This document shows, one piece after another, positions 12,397 to 25,820 of a DNA stretch of 64,000 bases. Location of the stretch: positions 33,046,001 through 33,110,000 of the forward strand of contig NC_043007.1 of NCBI RefSeq assembly GCF_006345805.1, written 5' to 3'. The position numbers were made by a program, and so were the translations under genes. Under the pieces are notes generated by a model that worked only from the letters and a program-made list of their open reading frames with translations, did no database searches and was not told the DNA's origin. This DNA comes from Octopus sinensis. Taxonomy: Eukaryota. The stretch's first letter is position 1; every line of letters starts with the position of its first letter.

Positions 12397-12448
<52 letters not shown>

Positions 12449-12769
12449 GCATGTATATATATACGTATAAGCAACTTATTTGCTCACACAGACGCACACA
12501 CACACACACGAATACAAAGATACGCTCACACCTGTACACATGATACATCGATTCTCAATTCTGACTTTGTGTATGTGCTTATTCGTTTATGTGCGTATGT
12601 CTGTATGTATATATGTATGCATGTACGTATGTATGTACGTATGTATGCATATATGCAACCATACATTATGCGTGTAAGTACGTACGCTTCTGTATTTTTC
12701 TCTATTTTAATACTTGTGTTCCAATGGGATGTTTTTCCGTCTTTTGAAATCACTTACATGTTTATAATT

Positions 12770-13345
12770 TCATAGTGTGTCCAAACATTGCCACTCCCTC
12801 TGCTTCCGCGACCCCTATCAATCAAAAACTGGGCGATAGGGGTTGTTTTTTAGTGGCGGTGGGAGCCAAATCTATCACACACTATTGAATGACAAACCAA
12901 GACGCAAGCATGACTCTCTGATTACTGAATTCTCCTCGAACCAAGATGGTAGCATCCGTCTTCTCTGTCCCCCATTCCTGCTAGAGTCTTGGCGGGTAGA
13001 GTCTTCAGGAATCTATCATAATCATCCGTCATTAGACTTCCCAGCTGGATTCTCGAGCATAACCAGCTAAGACTGTTGGCATCATCTAACCATTTCGTTC
13101 ATATTCTGCCCCTACGTCTCATACGGATTGGCTCGGCTTAAAAGAAACCGTCTTCCGATTCCTTTCTGCAACATTCTAATCTCAAATCCATAGTACCGGA
13201 GCTGGGACTTTTCAATGCAGAGAAGTAGCGGCTCGACCTGGGAAGATACCTGATCTGCGAGTAGTGCTCCTTGTCGAGTAAAGTTACTCCAGAAACTCTT
13301 CGGAGGAACCCCTTTTCAGCCACTAGTATTCGCGATTGTATTCTT
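12770..13345 (-). mobile_element. RTE-clade LINE 3' fragment
   Basis: AEKGFLRRVSGVTLLDK and frameshifted QVEPLLLCIEKSQLRYYG resemble RTE ORF C-termini. Confidence 0.7.
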
Positions 13346-13518
13346 GAAACTTAGATGGTTTCAAGTTCAATACCATTGCACAGCACTTCGAGCATGCATT
13401 GTGCACCATATACTCAGGTAAATCAATCACCTTGTAAGAGAAACTGGGAGACGGAAGGAAACTGTCTGAGGATGTATCAATGGGGTACAAATTATATGTA
13501 TATATATGTATTATATAT

Positions 13519-13571
<53 letters not shown>

Positions 13572-13575
<4 letters not shown>

Positions 13576-13990
13576 GACAGTTTGAAAATGCAATTTTAAA
13601 GAGCTTATTCACTTGACCGGTTTCACTTTTTTTAGAAAAACATTGTCAAAAGTAAAATATAAAGCTTTGTGTAAGCTTTGTTTTGTTAAGTACTAGTTAT
13701 CACAAAGTTTTAAAATACATATATACATTCTTTGATAATAATAAGAAAACTGTTTAAAAATAGTTTACAAGAAAGTATTTAAGAAAATATTCAAAAAAGT
13801 ATTAGGAGCTCAGAAAATCATGTTTGTTTGGTAGTATATATTATTATATATATAGATATATATATATATATATACATACACAGACATACTTTTCTAAAAA
13901 GTGAAACCGGTCAAGTGAATAAACATCTTTAAAATTGCATTTTTCAAACCTTCTTTCCATATATTTCCACCCGTGTGAAACCTTACAACT
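13572..13990. mobile_element. Inverted-arm element in (TA)n with variant hammerhead
   Basis: Arms 13572-13640 and 13890-13958; both carry GAAAccggTC. Confidence 0.75.
13608..13656 (-). ncRNA. Minimal type I hammerhead, U3-A8 core variant
   Basis: tttactt-TTGACAA-t-stem II-GAAA-ccgg-TC-aagtgaa; 7-bp stem I. Confidence 0.6.
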
Positions 13991-14059
13991 TCATTTTGTT
14001 ATATATATATTATATATATATATATTATAATATATTATATAATAATATAATATATATAT

Positions 14060-14103
<44 letters not shown>

Positions 14104-14527
14104 TTATGTATATAAATTTAGATGAATGTCTTTTCATTTTTCTGCCAGCGTGATTGTGCTGTCTGCCGTATCTCAGATTGTTTCTCATGAAATTTATCTG
14201 CTTCCCTCTTGATGCTTTTCAATGCATATGCTGAAATTGAAGCAGCTTTGTCTAAACCCCTTTCTCTATTGTTACCATTCCATGTCCCCAAATTCTGTTC
14301 TTACAATAACAGCTTCTTTTGAATAGCGGATTTGAATCTGAAGGAGAATGCTCTGATCCAAAAGCCCATTTCTTTCAGCTGCATCGTTAGTAGCTGATGA
14401 ACAACTTCAATCAAATGTTTACTGAAATCCCCTGGCAGTACTCCTGCAAAAGTATTAAACAACGACAAGTGATTGGTTGCATTGCTATTTCAGTAACCAA
14501 GCAATTCGTGGTGATTGATCCTATTAT

Positions 14528-15036
14528 GTGGAGACGCAATGGCCCAGTGGTTAGGGCAGCGAACTCGCGGTCGTAGTTTCGCGGTTTCGATTCCCAGACC
14601 GGGCGTTGTGTGTGGTTATTGAGCGAAAACACCTAAAGCTCCACGAGGCTCCTGCAGGGGGTAGTGGAGACCCCTGCTGTACTCTATCGCCCCAACTTTC
14701 TCTCATTCATTCTTCTTGTTTCTGTTGTACATGTATTTCAAAGGGCCATCCTTGTCACACTCTGTTTCACGCTGAATCTCTCCGAGAACTACGTTAAGGA
14801 TACACGTGTCTGTGGAGTGCTCAGCCACTTGCACGTTAATAAATGAACTGCGACCTCACTGGTGCCAAGCTGTATCGGCCTTTGCCTTTCCCTTGGATAA
14901 CACTGGTGGTGTGGAGAGGGGAGGCCGGTATGAGTGGGCGACTGCTGGTCTTCCATAAACAACCTTGCCCAGACTTGTACCTGGAAGGGTTACTTTCTAG
15001 GTGCAATCCCATGGTCATATATGACCGAAGGGGGTC
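14528..15036 (+). mobile_element. Composite SINE: family D tRNA head plus family C 3' part
   Basis: TGGCCCAGTGG A-box and GGTTTCGATTCC B-box; 14840-15036 matches family C. Confidence 0.8.
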
Positions 15037-15118
15037 ACAATATAATCCTATTATAGAGAGAAAGAGAGAGAGAGAGAAAGTAAAAGACAGATAGACAAGC
15101 AGAGAGATAATTATGTAC

Positions 15119-15185
<67 letters not shown>

Positions 15186-15469
15186 TATACGCATGTATCT
15201 TTTGGCAAAATTGTGAACGCATCTCAAAAAAGGCTTGGAAGCATTTCATCTGACTTGCCGAGGTCAAATTTACCTTTCATCTTCTCGGGGTCGATAAAAT
15301 AAAGTACCAGTCAAGTACCCTCATCCATAATTTCAGGTCTTGTGCCTATTAATAGAAAGGAAGTACCAGTGAATTTTTACGAATGCTTCGGCTAATGCTT
15401 TAATATTGACATGCTGCTTCCCTACATCGGTACGTCTGAAAAACCGGCAGCGTGCAACTCAGGGCTGTC

Positions 15470-15708
15470 TCTTTACTCTTTACTCTTCTACTTGTTTCAG
15501 TCATTTGACTGCGGCCATGCTGGAGCACCGCCTTTAGTCGAGCAAATCAACCCCAGGACTTATTCTTTGTAAGCCTAGTACATATTTTATCGGTTTCTTT
15601 TGCCGTACCGCTAAGTTACGGGGGCGTAAACACACCAGCATCAGTTGTCAAGCGATGCTGAGGGACAAACATAGACACACAAACCCATGCACACACATGC
15701 ATTACATG

Positions 15709-15769
<61 letters not shown>

Positions 15770-15925
15770 GACAGGTTCTTTCAGTTTCCGTCTACCAAAT
15801 CCACTCACAAGGCTTTGGTCGGCCCGAGGCTATAGTGGAAAACACTTGCCCACGGTGTCACGCAGTGGGACTGAACACGGAACCATGTGGTTCGTAAACA
15901 AGCTACTTACCTCACAGCCACTCCC
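15470..15925 (-). mobile_element. SINE family A
   Basis: Near full length. Confidence 0.9.
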
Positions 15926-16828
15926 TCTATCATTTAATGTATGTGTTTGTGTATGCGTGCGTCGCAAGAGTGGGGATAGATAAAGGTAGGCAGGATACAT
16001 ACGTATGTATGTATGTATTTGTGCATGTAAGCCATGTCAAGCGCAGTTGTACTGACAGAGAGTAAACATTATTCGTAGCATTGCCATAGAAGCTGGAGAA
16101 GTAATCAAGCTTTTTCCTATGGAAACTTGTTGGCTGAATCGCATTCATTTAATTAGAACTGGCATTTCATTGTAGTTTCCAAGTATTTGTTCACTTCAAC
16201 GTTCCCATAACATTAATGCAAGCGCTACCGCCGCCACCATCTTCCCTACCTTTTTCCGTTTCGCGTCTAATGTAATACGATACCATCTTGTAAATGAAAT
16301 AACAAGGAATCGAGAGAGAAAGAATGAAACGATAGAACAAAAACTGTTGTTGTTACGTGTGAATCGCTCATTGTTGGACGAACGCATGACGGATTAATAA
16401 TATATATGTGTACATGATAGGAATTTGAATTTACGTTCGAACAATGTTTGTGAATGAGAGAGATTTTTTTCCTTCTTCCTCTTTTGTTTCTCTCCTTCCT
16501 TCCAACCATCTCACACCACGCAATTTCATCTCTTCTCGTTGCATCTAATCTCACATCAACTCAGCTCATCATTCCAAATCTTTCGTGAACATTTTGCGTA
16601 AATTCTCCCATTCCGTTTTTAATTCCTATTCCGTCTTGCAATCGTCTAGGACAGGGGTGTCGAAAAACTTTAGGTAAATTTACTCCTAAAATCGGGGAAG
16701 TCGATTTGCTGTTGTTGTTGGATGCGTAATGTTTAGTAATTTGAGTTATAATTTTCTAAAAGATACAAGTGTGAAATAAAAATTAGATGTAGGCCTGACT
16801 TGTAAAAACAAAAATAGAAAAAAAAATA

Positions 16829-17255
16829 GGCGCAGGAGTGGCTGTGTGGTAAGTAGCTTGTTTACCAACCACATGGTTCCGGGTTCAGTCCCACTGCGTG
16901 GCACCTTGGGCAAGTATCTTCTACCATAGCCTCGGGCCGACCAAAGCCTTGTATGTGGATTTCGTAGACGGAAACTGAAAGAAGTCTGTCGTATATATGT
17001 ATATATATATTTATATAGGTGTGTGTGTGTGTGTGTGTGTGTGTTTGTGTGTCTGTGTTTGTCCCCCTAGCATTGCTTGACAACCAATGCTGGTGTGTTT
17101 ACGTCCCCGTAACTTAGCGGTTCGGCAAAAGAGACCGATAGAATAAGTACTGGGCTTACAAAGAATAAGTCCCGGGGTCGATTTGCTCGACTAAAGGCGG
17201 TGCTCCAGCATGGCCGCAGTCAAATGACTGAATCAAATAAAAGAGTAAAAGAGTA
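16829..17255 (+). mobile_element. SINE family A, full length
   Basis: ggcgcaggagtggctgtgtgg head, GGTTCAGTCCC B-box-like, gtaaaagag tail. Confidence 0.92.
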
Positions 17256-17412
17256 TGCGTGACAGTGTGGTAAAAAGCTTGCTTCCCAACCACATGATTC
17301 CAGGTTCATTCCCACTGCATTCCCACTTTCAAACCTTGTAGGCAGATGTTTTATTATTATTATTATTATTTGTTTCTTAATCCTTGATTATTATGTCTGG
17401 ATGATTAGCTTT

Positions 17413-17567
17413 GCCTGTGTGGTAAGTAGCTTGTTTACCAACCACATGGTTCCGGGTTCATTCTCACTGCGTGGCACCTTGGGCAAGCGTCTTCTACTAC
17501 TATAGCTTCGGGCCGACCAGAGCCTTGTGAGTGGATTTTGTAGGCGGAAACTGAAAGAAGCCTGTCG

Positions 17568-17620
<53 letters not shown>

Positions 17621-17867
17621 GTGTGTGTGCGTGTGTGTGTATGTATGTATATATGTATGTGTGCGTTTGTGTGTCAGTGTTTGTCCCCCCCAACATCGCT
17701 TGACAACTGATGCTGGTGTGTTTACGTCCCCGTAACTTAGCGGTTCGGCAAAAGAGACCGATAGAATAAGCACTAGGCTTACATGGAATAAGTCCTGGGG
17801 TCGATTTGCTCGACTAAAAGCGGTGCTCCGGCATGGCCGCAGTCAAATGACTGAAACAAGTAAAAGA
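17413..17867 (+). mobile_element. SINE family A
   Basis: Near full length. Confidence 0.9.
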
Positions 17868-18133
17868 TTATTATTATTATTATTATTATCATAATCAAAT
17901 TTCGCCGACATCGACTTTGCTTTTCATCCTTTCTGAGCCAATATGTCAAGTATCAGTGAAACACAGGGGTTGATGTAATTGACACGTCTCCTGCCCACAA
18001 ATTTGAGGCCTTGTGCCTCCAGTAGAAAGGATTATAATAATAACTATTATTATTTAAGACTCAGCTCGTGGATTTCAATGAAGACGGACGTGTGTTCGTG
18101 AGCTGTAAATTTTCGAGCAATTTTTACAGATAA

Positions 18134-18641
18134 CTAGCAGTATCGCACGGCGTTGCTCGGGTTTGTAAGGGAAATAACTATATAAGCATTTTTAGAGAGT
18201 TACTTCCCTTATAGATGCCAATTCGGGCTTTCTTAGCCATTTTTGTTTTGGTGTCTTCAAGCCATGAAGTCGGTGTTCTAAAAGAACGCTGGTCTCCTTG
18301 ACAACGCATTACGACGTTGATTTCTTTACACTCCCTTCCCCACAGCTTCACGAGGGAGGGAAGAAGGGGGAGAAGCAAACAGGTGCAGCTGTGAGCGTGG
18401 ATGCCAACTCCGCCGCCATTGACACACGAAAGATTATGCATTAAAATGGAATAAAAAATGATGTTAAATTATTTTTAAAATCGTAGACTCAACCTTGACG
18501 CGCGCTAATAGCCAGACGGGCTCGATATGAATCACGACTATAAGATACCCGAATTTGGTTAAACTGCACCGCAAAATCTGGGAGTAGTTAGGAATCTAAA
18601 TCGAAGGGGACAGACACTCACACGACTACAGTTTTTACAGA
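18134..18641 (-). mobile_element. Non-autonomous Helitron-like element
   Basis: Minus strand starts TC, and ends in a subterminal hairpin then CTAG|T; 3' end shared with the 19170 element. Confidence 0.7.
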
Positions 18642-19169
18642 TAATATCGTTGCATCTGAAACTTTTTTTACGACATGTCTGTGGCCAGGCCGACTGGGCT
18701 CTTGCTGAGCTGAGCAGTTAGGCAAAACTTTTCTCCTTCTGGGGGCGAATTTTCGATTTAAATTCTCCATTTTTTCATTTTACCATTTTTAGAATTTGTA
18801 AAAATATCCTTGGAAATGAATGTCAGCTCTTCTTTTCTTTTCGATTTCTCCCCCTTCGCTGTCAGAAGACAGCCAAAAAAAAAAGTGTTGAAATTAATTA
18901 TCTCCGCCCACTCCGCGCCTTAAAACGCAGAGAGACGGACGTCCAAAGTCTTGCTCGCACGTGCAACGCTGAGTAACAGAAAGAAAAGGAAGAAAAGAAA
19001 CGCGAGAAAGAAGAGGAAAAGAGCAAGGAAATTCAGCTAATGGACACTGCTAGCGTCGCAACACCTGTGAATCCAAGTCCACCCACTACTCCAACACAAT
19101 GAACACCCATCAAGAACATATTAATGCATTCAACAGCCGAGGTTTTATTTCAACAGCAAAACCAAGCAA

Positions 19170-19561
19170 TCTATATATATATATACGGCTGAAGTTGTCT
19201 GTGTGTGGCAGGTTTGGTAGCCTTCAACTAACACTATCTCCTCCGAGTCCCAGCGGCGCAAGTTGACCAAAGTTGAGAGTATGATAGAAGGCTTGCTCTT
19301 CATTTCGTAGAAGATAAAATTCAAATCGGACCATGTTAAGACCAAAAATTATTTACATCAAAAAGTTGCTTTTTTTTCTATGAAAATCCCTATTTTTTAC
19401 GATTTTTGACTGCTGTGTCGCCATTTTTCGGTGTATTTCAACCAGAAAAATGTTCACTTAAAGAGAATAACAAGCTACATAATGCAAATGTTTTTACTTT
19501 TCAAAAATACCAATTCTAAAGCGTCGACACAAACCCGAGCAACGCCGGGTGATACTGCTAG
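19170..19561 (+). mobile_element. Non-autonomous Helitron
   Basis: A|TC start, hairpin acccg-agcaacgc-cgggt at 19533-19550, CTAG|T end. Confidence 0.8.
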
Positions 19562-19599
19562 TGAATTTATAAATATTTCTTTAGAATCTCTCAAAGACT

Positions 19600-19960
19600 A
19601 CAGAAACATTTTAAAAAGAAAAACCGAAAGATGTGTTTTGATAGGGAAAACAAACAAACGTACTATAGTGTACAAAACTATATCATAAAAAAATAAACGT
19701 ATAGAAACCGACACAAAACAAGCAGTTGAATGCGGCACAATTGAAGTTAGATTTGCTACAGAAGACGTAGCAAAACAACATTCAACAACCCAGCTGAGAA
19801 ACAGTGAACTTGTCCTACTTCCAACATACTTGGGACGGCTCGTCGCCAAGATAAAAATACTGGAGATTCCACCAGAAATGGACGCTTGCTGGATTGTCGC
19901 GGCCGTCCTTCACGACTTGGAAGATAAAATCAGAATCATCCAAGTCGAGAAACAATGAAA
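19600..19960 (+). mobile_element. Decayed LINE ORF1(gag)-like fragment
   Basis: GTIEVRFATEDVAKQHSTTQLRNSELVLLPTYLGRLVAKIKILEIPPEMD resembles non-LTR ORF1; stops present upstream. Confidence 0.4.
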
Positions 19961-20434
19961 AAACAACTTGACTGGTCAGGAATTGCTTAGTCCATAAGCA
20001 ATGCCGGAAAAAAAGCATCATTTAGGGGCCAACCAACGAAAATGATTGTTGTACGCAAAAGAATTAATCAGACCCAATCTGAAATAGCAAAAATCAGCAT
20101 GAGATTGCAAAGAAAGTAACATGCTGTTTTGAATGGCGTGCAACTAGAATCTGAAGAATATTCTCAGTTTGAAAAAGCCATACATGTACATATATATAGC
20201 CACAATCACACACCTACAAACACACAGACACACACACAAATACACACACATACACACACGCACACTCACACATACAAACATGCATTCACAAAATATACAT
20301 ATATGTATGCACAATATACATACATGTGTGCACGAAACAAGTGTACATGTTTGAAAATACGGTAGTAATAAATTTATATACACGCATACACATTACACAC
20401 ATTTCTTTCTAACAGACGCATATACATGTACATA

Positions 20435-20745
20435 CGTGCGTATGTATGTATTTATTTATTTATGTATGTATTTATGTATGTATGTATGTATGTATGTATG
20501 TATGTATGTATGTATGTTTGTATGCATGTATGTATGTATGTATGTATGTATGTATGTATGTTGTATGCATGTATGTATGTTTGTATGCATTTATGTATGT
20601 AGGTATGTATGTACGTATGTATGTATGTATGTTTGTTTGTATATATGTATGTATGTTTGTTTGTATGTATGTATGTATGTATGTATGTATATAATGTATG
20701 TATGTAAATGTGTATATGTATGTATGTGTATATGTATATATGTAG
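20435..20745. repeat. (TATG)n microsatellite
   Basis: Direct inspection. Confidence 0.95.
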
Positions 20746-21721
20746 GTTAGTGTTTGCTTGTTTTTTCGAAATTCGAGCATAATTTTAGGGACGTTACGTT
20801 AGTCTTGTTGGTAACAACCATAATAACAAAAACAACAAAAGCAACAAGTATTATATAAATAGCAATACGCCTACACTCCCTTGGTAAAACTGAAATGGTA
20901 CGTCTTGTTCATGGAGAGATAATAAACTTGATATAAACACAACTGTGGACCCCAAACAGATTTGCTAATTTAGGAAGATACTTTCTTAAATACAAGAAAA
21001 AAGAAGAGGAGCAGGGGAAATACCAGTCCTAGAAATAGAATATCGATAAGAATAAATATACAGAGATACAGACAAAAAAAAGAGGAGAAAAATGCTCCAA
21101 GAAATATACAAAGAATGAATATTTAAATTTTTTTTTTTGAATCTATAAACGTTGCGAAAAAAATCAATAAGATATTCGTTGTGCATGCAAAATAAATATA
21201 TAAGGAATGGAGAAATAAAAACACCTTGTATATACCTACAGACTATCGACCAATAAAAGCCAAACTGGAACTGCACCAACGTAAATATGAACGGAATTGT
21301 AGATGAGAAAGATCTAAATGCAGAAATATCTGAAAGTAGGAAATAATTATGTGAATGTGGGTGTAGTTAAAGAATTTAAAATCAATAAGATTTCTTTCTA
21401 TGGACCAAGCAAAATACGTTCTTACACTCCTAAATATAATAATAACAATACATGGTAACGATAAAGGTAAAACAAAAAATTGGGGGAAATGGAATCGTAG
21501 AATAGATATAGAATAGACAAACTGGAAATACTTCTGTATATTATTATCTCTGATTAGTAGGGAGTTTCGAAGTGGCTGATAAACACGCTAGAACTAGCAG
21601 CCAAAATTTTTCTCACCTTGCTGCTTTATGTCTTACATAATGGTTTCTGATTTAGGCCCAAGGCATAAAAATTTCTAGTGGAAAGGATTAATCGATACCT
21701 TTGACCGTAATTGCTTGAATT

Positions 21722-21984
21722 CCTTTTATTCTTTTACTTGTTCCTGTTATTTGACTGCAGCCATGCTGGATCACCACTATATACGGTATATAGGGTATGG
21801 GGTATTTTCGGCGAAGAAATCGACCCCAAGATTTATTCTTCGTAAGCCCAAGTACTTGTTTTATTGGTCACTTTTGCCAAACCGCTAAGTTAACGGGGAC
21901 GTAAGCATACCAATATCTGTTGTCAAGCGATGGGGAGGGGTACGAATATAGACACAAAGACACACATAAATATATATATATACA
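21722..21984 (-). mobile_element. SINE family A, 3' half
   Basis: Tail similarity. Confidence 0.75.
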
Positions 21985-22268
21985 TCACGTGATCACGTGA
22001 CCGACCAGGCTATCAGATGTTGCTACACATTGCTGGTCACAATGCGCTTCGCATTGTTTTAGCCTTCAAATGACGCCACCCCGCTGGCTAAGCGAGCAGT
22101 CCAACAGAAGAAAAAATGAGAGAAAGTTGTGTCGAAAGAGTACAGCAGGGATCGCCAACGACCTCTGCTGGAACCTCGTTGAGCTTTAACGCCCGGTCTG
22201 GGAATCGAAACCGCGATCCTACGACTGCGAGTTCGCTGCCCTAACCACTGGGCGATTGCGCCTCCACC
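21985..22268 (-). mobile_element. SINE family D
   Basis: Head matches 14528-14605. Confidence 0.75.
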
Positions 22269-22740
22269 ATCTGATCAAAGTCCAGAAATGGTGAGGGCTT
22301 TGAGCAAGTCGATTACAGCGATCCCAGTACTTGTCTGATACTTAATTTTATCGACCCCAAACAGATGAAACGCAGAGTTGACTTCCACAGGATTTGAACT
22401 CAAAGCCGAAAGAAACATCAATTAAGCATTTCGTTCGACGCACTAACAGTTCTGCCACCTTGCCACTTTTCCATCTTAAAGAATAATTTTTTATTTCAGC
22501 ACAAGGCCAGAAATTTTGAATGGAAAGGATTACTTGATACTTTTGACTGCAGTACTTAACTGGTATATAATTTTATCAATTCTAAAAGGATGAAAATAAT
22601 GTTGTACTTAGTGGTATTTGATCTTAGAACTTAAAGTGTCGGAAAAAATGCCTCAAAGTGTTTCTTTCCAACACTTTGATGACTGTGGCAGCACACCACT
22701 GTTTAATGATATTATTCTTCTTAATTTAGATACAAGGCCA

Positions 22741-22945
22741 AGGCGGTGAGCTGGCAGAAACGTTAGTACGCCGGGCGAAATACGCAACCGTATTTCGTCT
22801 GCTGTTACGTTCTGAGTTCAAATTCCGCCGAAGTCAACTTTGCCTTTCATCCTTTCGGGGTCGATAAATTAAGTACCAGTTACGTACAGGGGTCGATGTA
22901 ATCGACTTAATCTGTTTGTCTGTTGTTGATTGTCCTGTCTGTGTT
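22741..22945 (+). mobile_element. SINE family B (older B-like copies at 22300-22700, minus)
   Basis: Match to family B. Confidence 0.85.
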
Positions 22946-23209
22946 TATCAGTGGAGAAAAACTGTTTTGTCTAAAGTAATATTATCGCTTTATAAAACGG
23001 TAAAGCTCTCTTCGGTCATGAATGACCATGAGATTGGACCTAGAAAATTCCTCTCCGAGGCACATGTCTGGGAAAGGTTATCTATGGAAGGCCAGCAGTC
23101 GCCACCGATGTTTTCGAAGGGAAAAACATATTCATTTCTGACACATCACTTCCACAGATATACCCTGTTTCCATTTCTAGCAACTCGCAGCAGTTGTAAA
23201 CATTTTGCA

Positions 23210-23758
23210 TGTAGTGAAGAATTATGATTACCAACCACAAATTAAGTCCAGTGAAAAAATTATTTTTAACTATGAATCAATTCACTCATTTGTTTACTTC
23301 AAAGACACATTCCTCTTGCATCTGTTCACCTGATACACACACATAACACATACACTATATATTTAAGCTTCCTTTCGGTAGTTGCAAAGTGTGTTTCGTA
23401 AAAGATGGAAGTATATAGCAAGTATGTTGCGAGTGAAAGAACCTGTTTAAACGAGAATATAAAAAGGAGAAAGGAAAGTCTTCAGTGTGAGTATGTGGTT
23501 TGTGGGGTCGACCGCGTCCTAAGCTTCATTTTTTGTAAATAACTCATTCTCATTTAATTGTATATATTTTAATTGTTTGTTTATTCATACGTTTCGTCTC
23601 ATTCGATACACTGAACCCAATGTTCGTTTTGTCTGTCCTCGTATCGTCCCCTCATTTTCTCAACCTCATGGTTAATAAAGAAATTGACTGATGATTTCAT
23701 TCAACGTCAGAGGGTATGAGAACCACGCTGGTTAGCTCACCAACTTTTTCTCATAACA
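23210..23758. mobile_element. Possible solo LTR
   Basis: Ends TGTAGTGAAGAA ... TTCTCATAACA (imperfect inverted ends); flanks tgca/ggca; internal AATAAA. Confidence 0.35.
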
Positions 23759-24239
23759 GGCATTTAGTAGACCCCACCGGGCACTGCCCAATCATTTGTT
23801 TTGTTATATATAATTTTCTGGGGTTTTTTTCTTTTGGTTCTTAGAATTACATTTTTTTAAATCAGTGTGCGTCTTCCATAAAGCTGTGTCTAACATGGCG
23901 CAAAAAATATTGTAATATATACACGGCAACGCTAATTGTCAGAAAGGAAAATGTATACTCCTGCATAACATCTCGTACAGAATCACTTAAGCCCAAAACA
24001 CACAACGTGGGAAAGAGACATATTGAGATAATTAAACAGGAGATATATCGATATTTGTTGATAGATCGATAACAGAAATGTTTAGCTGTAAAAAGAGGAA
24101 ATATCATAAACATATCGACAAAAAGAAAATGAAGTATATAAAATTAAAGAACACTTAAGCAAAAAACCTTTGCTAAATTATTTTTTTAAATATACATTTA
24201 TCAGATATTAACTTATGGTCGAAACAATGCAAAATGAAA

Positions 24240-24496
24240 TTCAAAATAGAATACAGAACTATAGTTGAAGTTTAACGCTATATTTCTTCGATATTTGGGG
24301 GTTAGTACCCCTTCATCAGGACACTGGAGACAAAGGAGATGACATATAGTTGTTATCTTTGCTCAGATATGTGAGAGAAGGTAGCGGCATACGCAGACTG
24401 GTGTTTGTTGTTGTAGTAGCCAGTCTGTTTCGCATAGCCTTGTTAGTTGTTTAATGCTGGTTTTAGTTTGTTAAATACGATAGCTTCCTTGATTCG
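24240..24496 (-). mobile_element. Penelope-like element 3' remnant (endonuclease C-terminus plus decayed HHR)
   Basis: RIKEAIVFNKLKPALNN at 24446-24496 resembles the PLE GIY-YIG tail, followed by CTGATGA-a-gggg-tactaa-cccc. Confidence 0.6.
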
Positions 24497-24534
24497 AAAA
24501 CAAAAATATTTTGTAATAGAAAGCGTTGGTGAAG

Positions 24535-24800
24535 ATGCGTTGAGTTCGATTCCTAGACCGAGCTGTGTGTTATATTCTTGACCAAGACATTTTATTTCAT
24601 GTTACTTCAGTTCACTCAGCTGTAGAAATGAGTTGGGAATGTCACTGGTGCCAAGCTGTATCGGCCTTTGTTTTTCCCTTCGATAACATCGGTGGCGACT
24701 GCTGGTCTTCCATAGATAGCCTTTCCCAGACATGTGCCTCGGAGAGGAACTTTCTAGCTCCAGTCTCATGGTCATTCTGACAGAAGGAGGCTTTACCCTT
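24535..24800 (+). mobile_element. SINE family C, internally deleted
   Basis: Match to family C. Confidence 0.8.
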
Positions 24801-25057
24801 TTATAAAGCGATAATATTACTTTGGACAAAACAGTTTTTCTCCAATACCGAATAATTTCATAATGAACAAAATTAAAACAAAAAGCGAAACGAAACGAAG
24901 ATAATGTCGCGGTAACAGGAACAGAAACCGAAATTTTAGTGATACAGTTGACGAAACCAACAAGCAACTGAAGTCAACTAATTATGATAAAATACTAACT
25001 TGAATTTACCCATCAAATATAAATTTGTAAATTTGTAAATATCAAATATTTCTGCTA

Positions 25058-25820
25058 GCGGCGAGCTAGCAGAAACGTTAGCACGCCGGTCGAAATACTT
25101 AGCAGCATTTCGTCTGCCGTTACGTTCTGAGTTCAAATTCCGCCGAGGTCCACTTTGCCTTTCATCCTTTCGGGGTCGATAAATTAAGTACCAGTTGCGC
25201 TCTGGGGTCGATATAATCGACTTAATCCGTTTGTCTGTCCTTGTTTGCCCTCTCTGTGTTTAGCACCTTGTGGGTAGTAAAGAAATAGGTATTTCGTCCA
25301 CCGCTACGTTCTGAGTTCAAATTCCGCCGCGGTCGACTTTGCCTTTCATCCTTTCGGGGTCGATTAAATAAGTACCAATTACGCACTGAGGTCGATATAA
25401 TCGACTTGATCCGTTTGTCTGTCCTTGTTTGTCCTCTCTGTGTGTACCCCTCTGTGGGTAGTAAAGAAATAGAAATAGGTATTTCGTTTGTCTCTATGTT
25501 CTGAGCTCAAATTCCGCCGAGGTTGACTTTGCCTTTCATCCTTTCTGGGTCGATTAAATAAGTACCAGGTACGCACTGGGATCGATATAATCGACTTAAT
25601 CCGATTGTCTTTCCTTGTTTGTCCCTTCTGTGTTTAACCCCTTGTGGGTAGTAAAGAAATAGGTATTTCGTCTGCCGCTACGTTCTGAGTTCAAATTCTG
25701 CCGAGGTCGACTTTGCCTTTTCGGGGTCGATAAATTAAGCACTATTTGCGTACTGGGATCGATCTAAGCGATTGGCTCCCTCCCTGAAAATTTCAGGCCT
25801 TATGCCTAGAGTAGAAACGA
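25058..25820 (+). mobile_element. SINE family B with three partial tandem re-copies
   Basis: Body restarts at ggtatttcgt at ~25288, ~25478 and ~25662. Confidence 0.88.

Noticed and set aside
18134-19561. Single 1.4-kb TIR transposon
   Set aside because: The inverted ends are CTAG/hairpin 3' termini of two oppositely oriented Helitron-like elements.
23685-23740. CTGATGA as another hammerhead
   Set aside because: No downstream GAAA-NUH with a matching stem I found.
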